Counted from the stretch's first letter, positions 36,781 through 48,800 are shown. The stretch: DNA of 64,000 bases from Stegostoma tigrinum (GCF_030684315.1 NC_081359.1:58066505-58130504), one strand, 5' to 3'. The notes: generated from the sequence alone by a model not told the origin. A program made the numbers and translations.

Positions 36781-37893
36781 GTTTCAATGTTATTAAGATT
36801 TATACAACTAATATAAAATTCTCATGAGTCACTGTCAGGACTACATTATTTTGCTGAAATCTGAAAAAGATGCAGCTCTTTAATTTTAGATGTAGCTCCG
36901 TAATAAAAAGATCCCAGTGATTGACTGGTTTCTCCAACAGAATAACAATAGAGAAGAAACAGTTAAATTTTTGATTCAGTACATCATTTGAGTCTTTGGC
37001 TCACACTGCATGCTTTACCCAATATTCATATCCAAGCCCTGCAATTATGAAAGTAAATGCACAATTTACAAAACATTCTTCAGGTTCCTCATGAATATTT
37101 TAACACAAAACAGATGGCTGTGTTCTCCTTTCTGACCCATTGAAGAAATGGAGAATTCTAATTTATTCAAGCAATTTTGGTTTTGTTGCAAACAGAATGG
37201 TAGCTGTTATAGGGTTAATTATCGAGAGGGGTGCTGACTTTATTTGGAGTTCGATTGGACCACATACAATGTGATTGTTGTAACCCTTGTTTTAATGATG
37301 TATATTCCTATTGGAATAGTTTAGCTGTTCGAGTCGAGATAAATTGGCACAGCAATTTATTTTTTCCCAACGTGCTGACACAAAAACAGTAAAAACATTA
37401 AATTATGAACTTTTGCTTTTTCCATGAAATATTGATAAGGCAGCATCCCTATCTGAAAGAACTTGATGCAAAGAAAATGTTGATACTTTGCTGATGAAAA
37501 ATGTTTTCAGTAGCAAATACAACCATGAATTCTAGAAACCATTGGCAATCAGCAATGATGCATTAGTCTATCAGTATTTTCAAGAAAATCATTTAATTGT
37601 TTTAAAAGGAGAAATGTTATCAGCTGCACTTACTGAACAGGTTAAACGTTAATGAGTTGAAATGTGTAATCGATAGTAAAATGTACAGTCTACCAGGTAG
37701 TTGGACCTCGGAGTAAGATAATGGTCAGCACAACACCGTGAACCAAAGGGCCTGTGCTGTGCTGTACTGTTCAATGTTCTATGATGCATAGTTAGAACAC
37801 ATCGGAGGAGGTACAATTATACCACAATTAAATATTGCTGGAAAAATGACAGAAGGTACTGTAAATACTTATCAAGTTTGAAAACTGTGTTGA

Positions 37894-38214
37894 GGCAGCA
37901 CGGTGGCTCAGTGGTTAGCACTGCAGCCTCACAATGCTGGGGACCCGGTTCGATTCCAGCCTTGGGCGACTGTCTGTGTGGAGCTTGCACATTCCCCACG
38001 TGCCTGCATGGGTTTCCTCCGGGTGCTCCAGTTTCCTCCCACAGTCCAAAGATGTGCAGGCTAGGTGGATCAGCCATGTTAAATTGCCCGTAGTGTTCAG
38101 GGGTGTGTGGGTTATAGGGGGATGTGTCTGGGTGGGATGCTTCAAGGGGTGGTGTGGACTTGTTGGGCCAAAGGGCCTGTTTCCACACTGTAGGGAATCT
38201 AATCTAATCTAATC
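37894..38214 (+). mobile_element. Full-length HE1-type V-SINE
   Basis: GGCAGCACGGTGGCTCAGTGGTTAGCAC A box, GGTTCGATTCC B box, V-domain, (AATCT)4 tail. Confidence 0.93.
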
Positions 38215-38492
38215 CAGAAAGGTTATACAGGTTGACATTTCAGAAACAGAAACAGAAAAGTAGGAATTCCATTAAAGGACTAACTAAGCAAAGCACAAGT
38301 GAGTAGGAGACAAAAGTCCAGGTCAGAATTGGGAATGCTTATTGATGTCACATACAGAAGTTAATGGGCCAGGGAGGTAGCTAACCACCTTTTTGAAAAG
38401 TTGTTAAAGACACTCTTTCAAATTTGCGTCTGCTGAAAACCAACTGAGATCTGTAACATTGGTTATTCCAGTTAGCAGCCTAAGTGATTTAC

Positions 38493-38670
38493 TTGATGTG
38501 GAGGTGCTGGTGTTGGACTGGAGTGGTCAATGTCAGAAATCACACAACACTGGGTTACAGATTTAGGTGTCAGTGACTAACAAATGAAAAAGGAGTGAGG
38601 CTCCAAAAGCTTGTGTTTTCAAATAAACCTGTTAAACTACAACCTTGTGTCATGCGATTTCTGACCTTTA
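38493..38670. mobile_element. Old PLE hairpin insertion (third pLTR family)
   Basis: Inverted arms gtcagaaatcacacaacac / gtgtcatgcgatttctgac; hammerhead remnant tgaaaaaggagtgaggctccaaaagctt; flanking TGATTTAC on both sides. Confidence 0.55.
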
Positions 38671-39074
38671 CTGATTTACATTAATGAGATTTGGCCCACT
38701 CTTTCCTATATCTACATTCAGATGATACTGAGATTTTTCTGAGGTCTGAACCAGCTATCCATGCATTTTGAATTCATATTTCTTCAATATCTTTGCTGTT
38801 AACATTATCTGAGATAAGATTTGATGTGTCATTCCACTACATTATTCAGACAGATGATCTCACAGATATGGTTATGACTTGATCAATTTATGCAATTTAT
38901 CTTTGTGTAATAACACAAAAGTATTGAACATCGAATAACCCTTCTGCAATCTGTGCAACAGCTCAGGACAGAATTACCTCTCTTATTGTGTGCTTCTCTA
39001 AGCGCATCATTGCCTATGGATGTGAGTTTGCTTGCTGAGCTGGAAGGTTAGTTTACAGACGTTTTGTCACCATT

Positions 39075-39713
39075 CTAGGTAACATCATCAGTGAGCCTCC
39101 GACGAAGCGCTGGTGTTATGTCCCGCTTTCTATTTATCTGGTTAGGTTTCCTTGGGTTGGTGATGTCATTTCCTGTTCTTTTTCTCAGGGGATGGTAGAT
39201 TGGCTCCAAATCAGTGTGTTTGTTGATGGAGTTCCGGTTGGAATGCCATGCTTCTAGGAATTCTCGTGCATGTCTCTGTTTGGCTTGTCCTAGGATGGAA
39301 GTGCTGTCCCAATCAAAGTGGTGTCCTTCCTCATCTGTATGTAAGGATACGAGTGATAGTGGATCATGTCGTTTTGTGGCTAGTTGATGTTCATGTATCC
39401 TGGTGGCTAGCTTTCTGCCAGTTTGTCCAATGTAGTGTTTGTCACAGTTCTTGCAAGGTATTTTGTAGATGACGTTTGTTTTATTTGTTGTCTGTATAGG
39501 GTCTTTTAAGTTCATTAGCTGCTGTTTTAGTGTGTTGGTGGGTTTGTGGGCTACCCTGATGCCAAGAGGTCCGAGTAGTCTGGCAGTCATTTCGGAAATG
39601 TCTTTGATGTAGGGGAGAGTGGTTATGGTTTCTGAGCCCGTTTTGTCTGTTTGTTTGGGTTTGTTGCTGAGAAATCGGCGGACTGCGTTCATAGGGTACC
39701 CATTCTTTTTGAA
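39075..39713 (-). pseudogene. PLE ORF C-terminus (thumb end + GIY-YIG endonuclease), uninterrupted but 5'-truncated
   Basis: FKKNGYP...TLPYI...NVIYKIPCKNCDKHYIGQTGRKLATRIHEH...H...REFLEAWH...N. Confidence 0.92.
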
Positions 39714-40058
39714 AACACTACATTGGACAAACTGGCAGAAAGCTAGCCACCAGGATACATGAACATCAACTAGCCACAAAACGACATGACCCACTGTCAC
39801 TCGTATCCTTACGTACAGATGAGGAAGGACACCACTTTGATTGGGACAACACATCCATCCTAGGACAAGCCAAACAGAGACATGCACGAGAATTCCTAGA
39901 AGCATGGCATTCCAACCGGAACTCCATCAACAAACACACTGATTTGGAGCCAATCTACCATCCCCTGAGAAAAAGAACAGGAAATGACATCACCAACCCA
40001 AGGAAACCTAACCAGATAAATAGAAAGCGGGACATAACACCAGCGCTTCGTCGGAGGC

Positions 40059-40098
40059 TCACTGATGATGTTACCTAGAATGGTGACGAAACATCTGA
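40059..40098 (+). ncRNA. Minimal type I hammerhead ribozyme motif in pLTR (mirror copy 39055-39094, minus)
   Basis: tca-CTGATGA-t-GTTACC-tagaat-GGTGAC-GAAAC-ATC-tga; the mirror copy reads AAAACGTC. Confidence 0.75.
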
Positions 40099-40483
40099 AA
40101 ACTAACCTTCCAGCTCAGCGAGCAAACTCACATCCAGAACCTCAACCTGAGCTACAAATCTTCTCAAAACTCGCTATCATTGCCTATCTCCAGTTTCAAC
40201 TTTGAGTGCGAACTGTCTACCACACCCTCGGTCTGTCATTTCCCTGATAGAAATCCATCAGACTAGCTTGGATCCTCCTGAGTCATTAGTTAATGGGGTG
40301 GCACAGCAGCGAATGGAGATGGCTGTTTGAAAATCAAATTACCATTAATTGTTCAAAGGACTTGAGTTCAGAGACTCCATGTGAAAATAATCAACACCTC
40401 TCAGCCTGGGTACCCTGTTAATCTAGCTCTCTACGAACTACATTTAGCACAATAGTAGGATTTGTAACCTAAATTTAAAATTA

Positions 40484-40770
40484 TCATAGAATCCCTACAG
40501 TGTGGCAACAGGCCCTTTGGCCCAGCAAGCCCACACTGACCCACAGAGCATCCCACCCAGACCCATCTCCCTATCTACAAATCCTTGAACACTACGGGCA
40601 ATTTAGCATGGCCAATCCACCGAACCTGCACATCTTTAGTCTGTGGGAGGAAACCCACACAGACGCAGAGAGGATGTGCAAACTCCACATAAACATCACC
40701 TGAGATTGGAATCGAGCCTGGGTCCCTGGCACCGTGAGGCAGTGCTAACCACTGAGCCACCATGCCACCC
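40484..40770 (-). mobile_element. HE1-type V-SINE with internal deletions
   Basis: Same head and tail as the other copies; ATGGTGGCTCAGTGGTTAGCAC and GGCTCGATTCC on minus. Confidence 0.88.
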
Positions 40771-41582
40771 TCATTGATTCTGGTGAATAATGTGTGATGA
40801 CTTAGATTTATGATTTCAAAGGTTAAAAGCGCAAAATACCATGAAAATAGCAATGTAAATTAGAAAAAAGACAAGGGAAATAAGTTCTCAAAATTCTCAA
40901 GCAAATTCAATAAGTAAAAATAGCATACAAGATATTGAAAAATGAAGAAAAAATGCTGGAAACAAATGTAACTAAGCCATTAACAAAAATGCCAATGAAA
41001 AGCATTCAATTTTTTTCCTGCAGTGCTCTGATCCAGAGAGTGGTATTAGCAACAACAAGCAATCGCTCTTGCTTACGTTTTCTTTGCAAACAGAGGTTTT
41101 GATGATATGTTTAAGGTATATCAGCATCTTGAGAGATTTCGTTCCAGCTTTACACTTTTCATTGTTTAAAATATTTATGGCTGTCATGTTTCATGATACT
41201 ATCATGTGGAAACCTCAGCTCCAGAAAATTCACTTGCCTGATGTGAAGCTAAAATTCATGGCATGGTCAGTTAATGAAGGAGTGAGCCTTTTCAGATTAC
41301 ATAAACTTTTGGTGCAAAGGCATTTCTTCGTGATATTCCCTTGCCATTGATGGCACTAGAAAAGCCCCACAGCTGTCTCTCATTTTGAGCATTAAAAACC
41401 TCTAAACATAATATGATAGAATTCCTTATTAAGATAGAGAATGAAGTTGTCAACTCCAAAACTAGGGTGCTGACTGAAAATAAATGGAACTATGGGTGTA
41501 TGGCACATGATTTTGCAAGGATGGATTAGGGAACCTTTCTAAATGGCTATTAAATAAAAACCGAAAGAACTGTGGCTGCTGT

Positions 41583-41630
41583 AAAACAGTTCTGAGGAAG
41601 GGTCACCGAACCCGAAACGTTAACTGTTTT
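41583..41630 (+). ncRNA. Apparently intact minimal hammerhead ribozyme in a ~100-bp PLE insertion (41549-41648)
   Basis: Stem I AAAACAGTT/AACTGTTTT; CTGAGGA 41592-41598; stem II GGGT-caccga-ACCC; GAAAC-GTT; near-TSD ctaaatggct/ctaaatagct. Confidence 0.8.
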
Positions 41631-41799
41631 TTTCCTTCACAGGTGTAACTAAATAGCTGATGGTGGATAGGCAATAGTTATTATTTAAATAGCATGTGTG
41701 TGAATTTTAAAAAATTATTCACTCCTCACCCAGAAATAAAATATGAAAATGTAAAAGCTGACTCAACAATGACTTACAAAACAAATTAGGAAAGTATCA

Positions 41800-42120
41800 G
41801 ATTCAAAGAGATATGCAATATTGCCCAAAGAAAGCAGCAATCTTCATGACTGGGAGTGTTTTAGAATTCAGTGAAAAAGAGCAAAGTTTGATTAAGGAGG
41901 AGAATACAAAATAAGACCAAACTTGCACAGGCAACAAATCTAACTGTAGAAGCATCTATAAATATGTGAAAACAAAAAGATTATTGAAGACCAATATAAG
42001 TTCCTTACAGTCAGAAATGATGAAATAATAATGGTAAACTAAGAAATGGCAGAAGAATTGAACATGGCTTTTGGTTTTATCTTTACAAAAGAGGATACAA
42101 ATCATTTCCTAGAAATGTCC
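41800..42120 (+). mobile_element. Degenerate CR1 ORF2 fragment
   Basis: tctataaatatgtgaaaacaaaaag...gaaatggcagaagaattgaac...tctttacaaaagagg (YKYVK / EMAEELN..F..VFT-like). Confidence 0.7.
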
Positions 42121-42129
42121 GATTCCTAC

Positions 42130-42830
42130 CATATAAGTGTAAGAATGCTAAGCAATTGAGGGGTTTACGATGCAGTGGGTGGTGGGGTGGGGTGTGAGGG
42201 TGTTGACAGGGTGGGAACAATATTAGGAGGGTCAGGTGGGTGGGCTGCTGGTTGAGTAGTGTTCTAGGTAACTGGATGAGTATTTAGGTTAAATTGGGAG
42301 TGTGATTGTGGTCGTGGCCAGGTTGGGGGTGGTTGCATTTGGCATTTGGTCGGGGTGTTGGGATTGTCACATCCAGCAAGAGGTTGGGTGGGGGTGGCAC
42401 GTGTCAGTGGGTTTGTTGGGATTAGGGGTTGATTTTGGATCAGGTTGTTAGGCTATCATTTCCAATGATGTCATGCAAGGGTGTTTGTCCAGTCCAATGC
42501 GATTGGATGGGAGGTGTGGTGGATCAGGATGGGTGTAAGAATAAGGAGATGTCATGTCCAATGTTGCTGGGTCATGAGAGGTTGGCAGTGTCAGAGGTTG
42601 GGGGGAGGGTGTCGACATCATATGAGTTTAACAGTTATCCTTCAGTCCAAATGGGTTTTTAATCCTCGAACATTTCCTGGGTAATTGTTGAGTGTAAGTG
42701 AATCAAGACTGTCCAAATTTCGCAATTTCAAGCAGCTTTTTCAGTGGGTTCCAGACTCAGTAGCCATCAGTATTATCAATTTCCCAGGAAAGTCCTTCAG
42801 AATCAACTGTGCCAGAATTCCATGGAGTCT
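42130..42830 (-). repeat. Unclassified repeat with G/T-rich segment (copy 2)
   Basis: Reverse-complement similarity to 30700-30860 followed by a ~450-bp GGGT-rich tract. Confidence 0.55.
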
Positions 42831-43689
42831 CAATTCTTACAACAACTCTTTGGCCATCAGAATATCGAGGCCTATATAGAAGTTGGTTATGTAAGCCAGT
42901 GTAGCCTATTGCCACACAATCAATAAATACTTCACACCTTGTATGTTATTAATATTTTCATTTTAACTTTGAGATCTTTACATCAGTTATCACAGACAGA
43001 AATAGATTTTTACTGCATAGCAAGAGGCCTTTCTGTCCTTATGGGTATACCTGCTCCTGTACCTGGCAAAGCAATACAAAAGTAATCCCATTGCCTTGTT
43101 CTGTACACATTGCTCTGTATCTTCCTCTGTTTCAAGCTTATATTTCATTTTCCCTTAAAAAGTGTGAGATAGCTAAATTTGATCATCCCAGAAATCTCAA
43201 GGACTGACTTGGTGATTTTATTGTTGGCAAGCATTTTTGTGAAACCAGCTCATTTCAAAATACTTTTTTCCACATTACACATTTCTAAATAGACCTTGAT
43301 ATCCTGTCACCATTCTTTAAACAAGAACCAGTCTCTTTAACTGCAATATTTTACAACAAATCATATCCTTCATGTTCATGTAAGCCGTTACTTACAAGGC
43401 TTCCCTCTTTGAGGATCTCCGACATTTTCTTAGAGTTAACAACTTTTTGTGTGAAAGAGTCTGCCGAATGGTTCCTTGCATCCATCCACTTTATTTTTGA
43501 AATTTCTTTTTCTTTTTCTTTGTTCTGGTATGGTCAATCCTCAAACCTTTTCAGTGACACCCGTTGTTGATAACAACTGTTATCCATGTAACACACAATG
43601 GACAGACTTCTCTCGAGTTGGAATTTTCTTCAGAATAAACACAGTCTACAAGCTTCTACAAGCACCAGTTCTTCAGAAGTGAAGATATT

Positions 43690-43950
43690 TTTAGCTGCCC
43701 TTTTCATTATCTTATGATCCCTATTAGTTTTTCTTTCTCTCTGGCATGCTACCTCCATCCCTTTGTCTGCCTAACTGTCTTTCTTTCTCTCTTGGCTCTC
43801 TATCCACCCATCTTCAGCAGAAATACCACCTTTTCCGAATGATTATCAGTTCTGAAGAAGGGTCACTGAACACGAAATGTTATCTCTACCTTGTCTCCAC
43901 AGATATTGCCAGAGCTGTTGAGTTTCTCCGGTGTTTTCTGTTTTTGCATC
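43690..43950 (+). mobile_element. Old PLE 3' end and pLTR with degenerate hammerhead
   Basis: Pyrimidine-rich run, then cagttCTGAAGAagggtcactgaacacGAAATGTT...tccacagatattgccagagctgttgag. Confidence 0.7.
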
Positions 43951-44094
43951 ATAACTAGCATTGGATCCATTCTGAGTGCAAAATCACTTTAACTATCAAA
44001 TTGCTAAACTAGTCTGTTTTTTTTATCTGCATGGGAAATCATTTCTCTGTGGGCACCTGGTCTGATTTAGCAGGATGCACGTGTTTAAAAATTC

Positions 44095-44295
44095 ATTTAC
44101 GAAGCTTGAGTGTTGCTAGGTGAGAAAGCATTTATTGTACATTCCTTGATGCCCCTGAGAAGGTGGTAGTGAGCTTTCTTCTTGATCCACTGCAGTCCAC
44201 TTAGTTTAGGTTGACTCCCAACAGAGAGTAAGTTCCAGGATTTTGAAACGACACTGAAACTGTAACGATATATCTCCAAGTCAGGATGGCAAGTG
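44095..44295 (-). mobile_element. 3' terminus of second CR1-group lineage
   Basis: ORF 44097..44279 SFSVVSKSWNLL; matches 23440-23640. Confidence 0.7.
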
Positions 44296-44405
44296 ATTTT
44301 TATAACCTAATTTCAGATTCTGAATGGCAATTGTCTTGCATCTGAACACATCAACCATATTTTGATTGTTGTGGGGTAAGTGGGGGATTACTGGAAATAC
44401 AACTA

Positions 44406-47400
44406 TGTTTTTCACGTTTATGATAATAGTCTGGAGATCAATCACTCTGCAGGGATTGATTGATTCCATGGGTTGTTTTAATTAAAACACATTACATGCC
44501 ACTTGAAGCAGATATCACAGCAAGTTACAAATTTCTTTACATGTAGCTTGCCAACCTAAAGCAAGCTAACTGCCAGTTGGGATGCAACATTATATGGAGT
44601 CCCTAAAGTGAATTCTCTTAAAGGCAAGATACACATATAGCATTTCCCTCCTTTTCAGAAAGAAAGATGAACTGATTGCAATAACAAATAAGACTTTGAG
44701 TATATAGGTCATTTGCTGATAACATCCAGGTCTAATGATGATGACTGACTGAATGTACATTGAATTCCCACGATCATTAGTAATATTATCTGTCATTTCT
44801 GTTTGTGTTCAGGATCTTGTACATGACACAACAGGACAGGGTGGCAGTTGAGAAATTGGTTCAAACCTGATTTGCCCTTGATTCTGTCTCACCGTTGCAT
44901 GGTTAGGATCTTGCTTCTGAGTACATTCTTGTCACTTTGGCTAGTTGGCAGGTACCTCCTATGGGTTCCTGAATGCAAATTTGTTGTCTCACTTGTAATT
45001 TGCCTTTTTTCACGGATACACATTGGTCATCTTCATTGCTGTTTTTTAAGCTGCTCGCGGGATTCACAAAGACTAGCTTGGGTTTGAGTCAGTAAATTGG
45101 TACACGTTAGCCTGTCAAGCATGAGCTCCTCCAGCGATATTGCGCTTTCATATAATTCTAAAGTGTATAAATATAGTTTGGTCTATCTACATTTGAGAAT
45201 TTTGACTCTGCAAATCATTCATTCAGTTAGAGAGAGGGGCCTGGGTAATACAAAGAAGTAGTCGCGTGATCAATACTCTATGTTTCATACATGTGGGAAT
45301 GGCTGACCAATAATTTATGGAGCATTGTCTATAACGATCTCTCTCGGGACACTGAATAAACTAAAAATGAATTTAGAATATGTGTAACAATTACACTTGA
45401 TTCACAACATAAGTCACAAATGATGAGGTATTTGCTGAATTAGTCAATGATGACAATGTAGTCATTTCCATTGATATGAAAAATGTCATGTGTACTTTTG
45501 GATCAAGGATGGGCAGGGACTTGGTGCAGTATCAATGGTTATTTTTGCTAACATGGCATGTGCTCTTGGAATCCTTCACAGTTTTTAACAAGAAAATTGG
45601 TGTCACTGCTGATACCCAGTCAATGTACTGATTCTCCTAAAAGTCTTCTCATCAGATCCATGCCCGAGTATAAATGACGAATTTGTTAAAGAATGTCAGG
45701 TAGCAAAATGATGACATGCCTCCCTTTAAAAGTTATTCCTCAGGCCACATCTAATTCACCCTGTAAAGGTCAATATTGTCTCATGTTCGTCGACATGTTG
45801 AACTGAATCAGGTCATCCTTCACAATGTTTTTCCATGTTTCTATGCCATGGAGTCATTTGTAGTTTCTTCTTAATGCTGCTGACGTTTGCGTTGTGTGAA
45901 ATGCACCAAGTCAATTTGAATAATATCTTTAAGCTCAAAGCCAATTTGCAGATCCAAGAGTACACCTTTTGTTTTCACTAGGCTCAACAGCCAGCTTAGT
46001 GCATCTGATGAGGCCACCAGGTTATCTATCTCAAAACCAATCCCACAATGGTAACCTTGGATCTTTATTGGGAAATGCTGCAACTTGGTGGCGCTCTAAT
46101 CAAAAGGTTTTGCCAAATCACCTTCAGTGGTTTGTGTCAGACACTGTCAAAAATCATTTGCCAAACAGTGATGGAGGCAAGGCTAGTACAGTCTGGAGGG
46201 GAGATGAGGTATGGTCTGGACGCCAGACATGGTCTGGTGGTGAGATGAGGTGTGGTTTGCTTGAAAGCCGAACTTTGTTTTTCTTAATTTTTCTAATTTA
46301 TTCCTAAGACTCTGTATAAGATAACTTTGTACCTAAGATGGTGCCTTAAGTTTGTAAACTTTTCACCGAACTCATGTTGATTAAACGTGACAATAATCCT
46401 AATTCTCATTCTAATTCTAAAACACATGACAACAAAAAGTACAGTTAATACTTCCCACTCAATGTGTGAGAGATTGGACTGCTCTACAGATTGCATTCGA
46501 AGCAAATATAATCAGTTTGCCTTTTTGTCGTTTGCATGCTCCCAGATTTTTGAGTGAAGCCTCCAGGGTAATTATCTCCCTAGAATTGTAAAATTGCTCG
46601 ATTGTTGCTTCCAGTACTGAATGTTTCAGTGCATCAAAGAGGCATTAGTGATCTTTATGCCATAGGAAATGCATGACCTTTCTCAATAATTCCCTCAGTG
46701 ATAAAGACTTTTTCGTGGAATTTGGAAAATAAGGCAACAGGGATTACACTTTTGAAGAATACCTTTTTCTTGAGGAGTTTGCACAGTTTTTATGTCTTCT
46801 GTTTTACTTGGATCAGGAAAATGCCCATGTTAGAATGAATAGAATTACAAAAGTAAACCTGTGATAATTGATGCGACATTTCTGGCTGCTGAATGACAAT
46901 CTTCCATGACATTCCCTCACATCAATAAGCGCAGATTGTGGTCCTGTTCTTGCTTTGTTCTTCCTACCACAGTAATGTCATCAGCAATATTGATGCACCC
47001 TGGTACAGTGTGTGCAAAGCAGTTTATGTTAGCTTGAAACAAATCTTTGCTGACAGATAGCCCGAAGGGGAGTAATTGAAAACGATACCATCTGAATGGG
47101 GTATGAAATGTAATGAGCTCATGGGACTCCTCTGCAAGATGTACTGACCAGTAACCAGGCTTGTAATCAAGCTACAAGGAGAATTTTGCACTTGCACTTG
47201 CCCAATTTAGCTCTTCTAAAGTCAGGAACTTGTAATGGCAGGATCCTAAGGCTGTGTTTAGACATTGTGGATCAGGAGATACTATTAGTGAGCAGTCATT
47301 TTTTTACAATACGGGTTATTGAGCTGAACTGGACTGTGTATTCCTCTACTTTTTCAATTATTCCATCTCACTCCATCTTGTCTAGCTCCATTCACAGTTT

Positions 47401-47420
47401 GCTTTTATTTAGTGATTACT
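44406..47420 (-). mobile_element. Decayed Ty3/Gypsy LTR retrotransposon (RT-RNaseH-integrase, PPT, probable 3' LTR)
   Basis: Minus: ELDKME*DGIIEKV; GYWSVHLAEESHELITFHTPFRWYRFQLLPFGLSVSKDLFQ...CINIADDITVVG (RT); IEWEVL...LQHFPIKIQGY...SDALS (RNase H); DIFHINGNDYIVIID*FSKY (IN core); PPT GAAAAGGAGGGAAA 44643-44656 then TG; distal LTR end near 44406 tentative. Confidence 0.88.
46169..46419 (+). mobile_element. Non-LTR retroelement 3' fragment inserted in the Gypsy RNase H
   Basis: Breaks the Gypsy frame between VMCF and LFGK; ends gtgacaataatcctaattctcattctaattct (short-repeat tail). Confidence 0.65.
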
Positions 47421-47489
47421 GTGTTTGCACTGTGGTGCAATGGATGGGCTTAAATTCTGTTTCAAGTAGCAATGTAAAAAACCATAATG

Positions 47490-48800
47490 ATAAGAGGATG
47501 GCAACAATCATTATTGACTTAAATGTGTATCTAAACTGGCAAATCACATTGGCAGTAATTATGGATGAAGTTTTCATAGAATGTTTTTGAGATAATTTCT
47601 TCAAACAGCACATTTTGAAGCCAACGACAGAGCAGGTTACATTAGATTTTGTACTGTTTAATGTGATAGGATAATAAATGACCTCAGTGTTGAGGTGCAC
47701 CGATGGAACAGTGGCCAAATATGATTGAATTTTGCATACAGTTTGAAAAGGAGAAGACTGGGACTAATAATAGTATTTCAAATCTAAAAAAGAGTCAAGT
47801 TTATCAGCATGAAAACTTACTAAACTGGAGTAAACCAGCATAATACATATTGGAAAGATAAGTAGAGACACAACAGTAGATATATAAGGGGATATGTATA
47901 TTCCTGCAATAAAGAACAATACTAAAGGAGGATCCTCCATCCATTAATAAAAGAAATTAGGGAAAGCATCAAATTTGAGAACAAAAACAAAATAGATAAG
48001 TGCAAAAATAAGTGGCAGTTCAGACAATTGGTTGGAAAATCAGCAGAGAATGAAGAAAAGATTAGTCAGGATGGGAAATTAAAACATGATAATTTATTTG
48101 GGAAGCCAAACATAGCAAAAGCTTCTACAGGTTTTACAAAGGAAAAGACTGAGTAAAAAGTGAGAGTTGATTCTCTAGAGAATGAGAATAGAGAATGAAA
48201 TAAACAAGCATTTTGCATCTGTTGTCACTGTAGAGGATGTAAAAACATTCCAGTGATATCTGTAAACCAGTAGATGGAAGAGAAAGGGAAACTCAGTGAG
48301 ATTATAATCACGAGTGAAGTATCACTTAGTAATTTGATGGAGCTGTGGGCTGACAAGTCTCCTGATTCAGATGGACTTCATTCTAGCGTTAAGAAGTAGT
48401 TGTAAATGAGATAATTGAGGTGCTGTTATTAATTTTCCAGAATTCCCTGGATTCACTGAGGTTTTGATCAAACTGGAAGCTAACAAATCTAACCATTTGA
48501 TTCCAGATGCAGGGTGCAGAAAACAGGAAACTACCAGGCAGTTAGCTTGCCATCTGTTATGGGGAAGTTGCTAGAATTGACCATTAAAGATGTTACAGCC
48601 ACAAATGTAGACAGGCTCTAGGTAATCATAAACAGTCAACATTGTTTTGCCAAAGGGAAATCATGTTTAACCAATTGTTTGGAATTTTTTGAAGGAATAA
48701 CGCAGTATGACTAAAGAGGAGCCTGCAATAGAAACATACTTAGATTTCCAGAAGGCATTTGATAAGAAGCTACATCAAATGTTATTGAAGAAAATCTGAG
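47490..48800 (+). mobile_element. Degenerate CR1 LINE (APE to RT)
   Basis: gctgacaagtctcctgattcagatggacttcat (DKSP..DGLH), aactaccaggcagttagcttg (NYRPVSL-like), ttagatttccagaaggcatttgataag (LDFQKAFDK). Confidence 0.85.

Larger units (their letters stand above)
39018..40175. mobile_element. Young palindromic Penelope/Poseidon-type insertion (inverted pLTRs + tail)
   Basis: 424-bp inverted arms 39017-39440/39713-40136; 39-nt tail 40137-40175; TSD ATCATTGCCTAT 39006-39017/40176-40187. Confidence 0.95.

Noticed and set aside
37894-37970. tRNA gene
   Set aside because: A and B boxes continue into a V-domain and LINE-derived tail in four copies; it is a SINE head.
39075-39905. 276-aa ORF and its near-identical N-terminal twin at 39248..39472(+) as a gene pair
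   Set aside because: The shared N-terminus is the antisense reading of the palindrome arms; only 39713-39075 is real PLE coding sequence.
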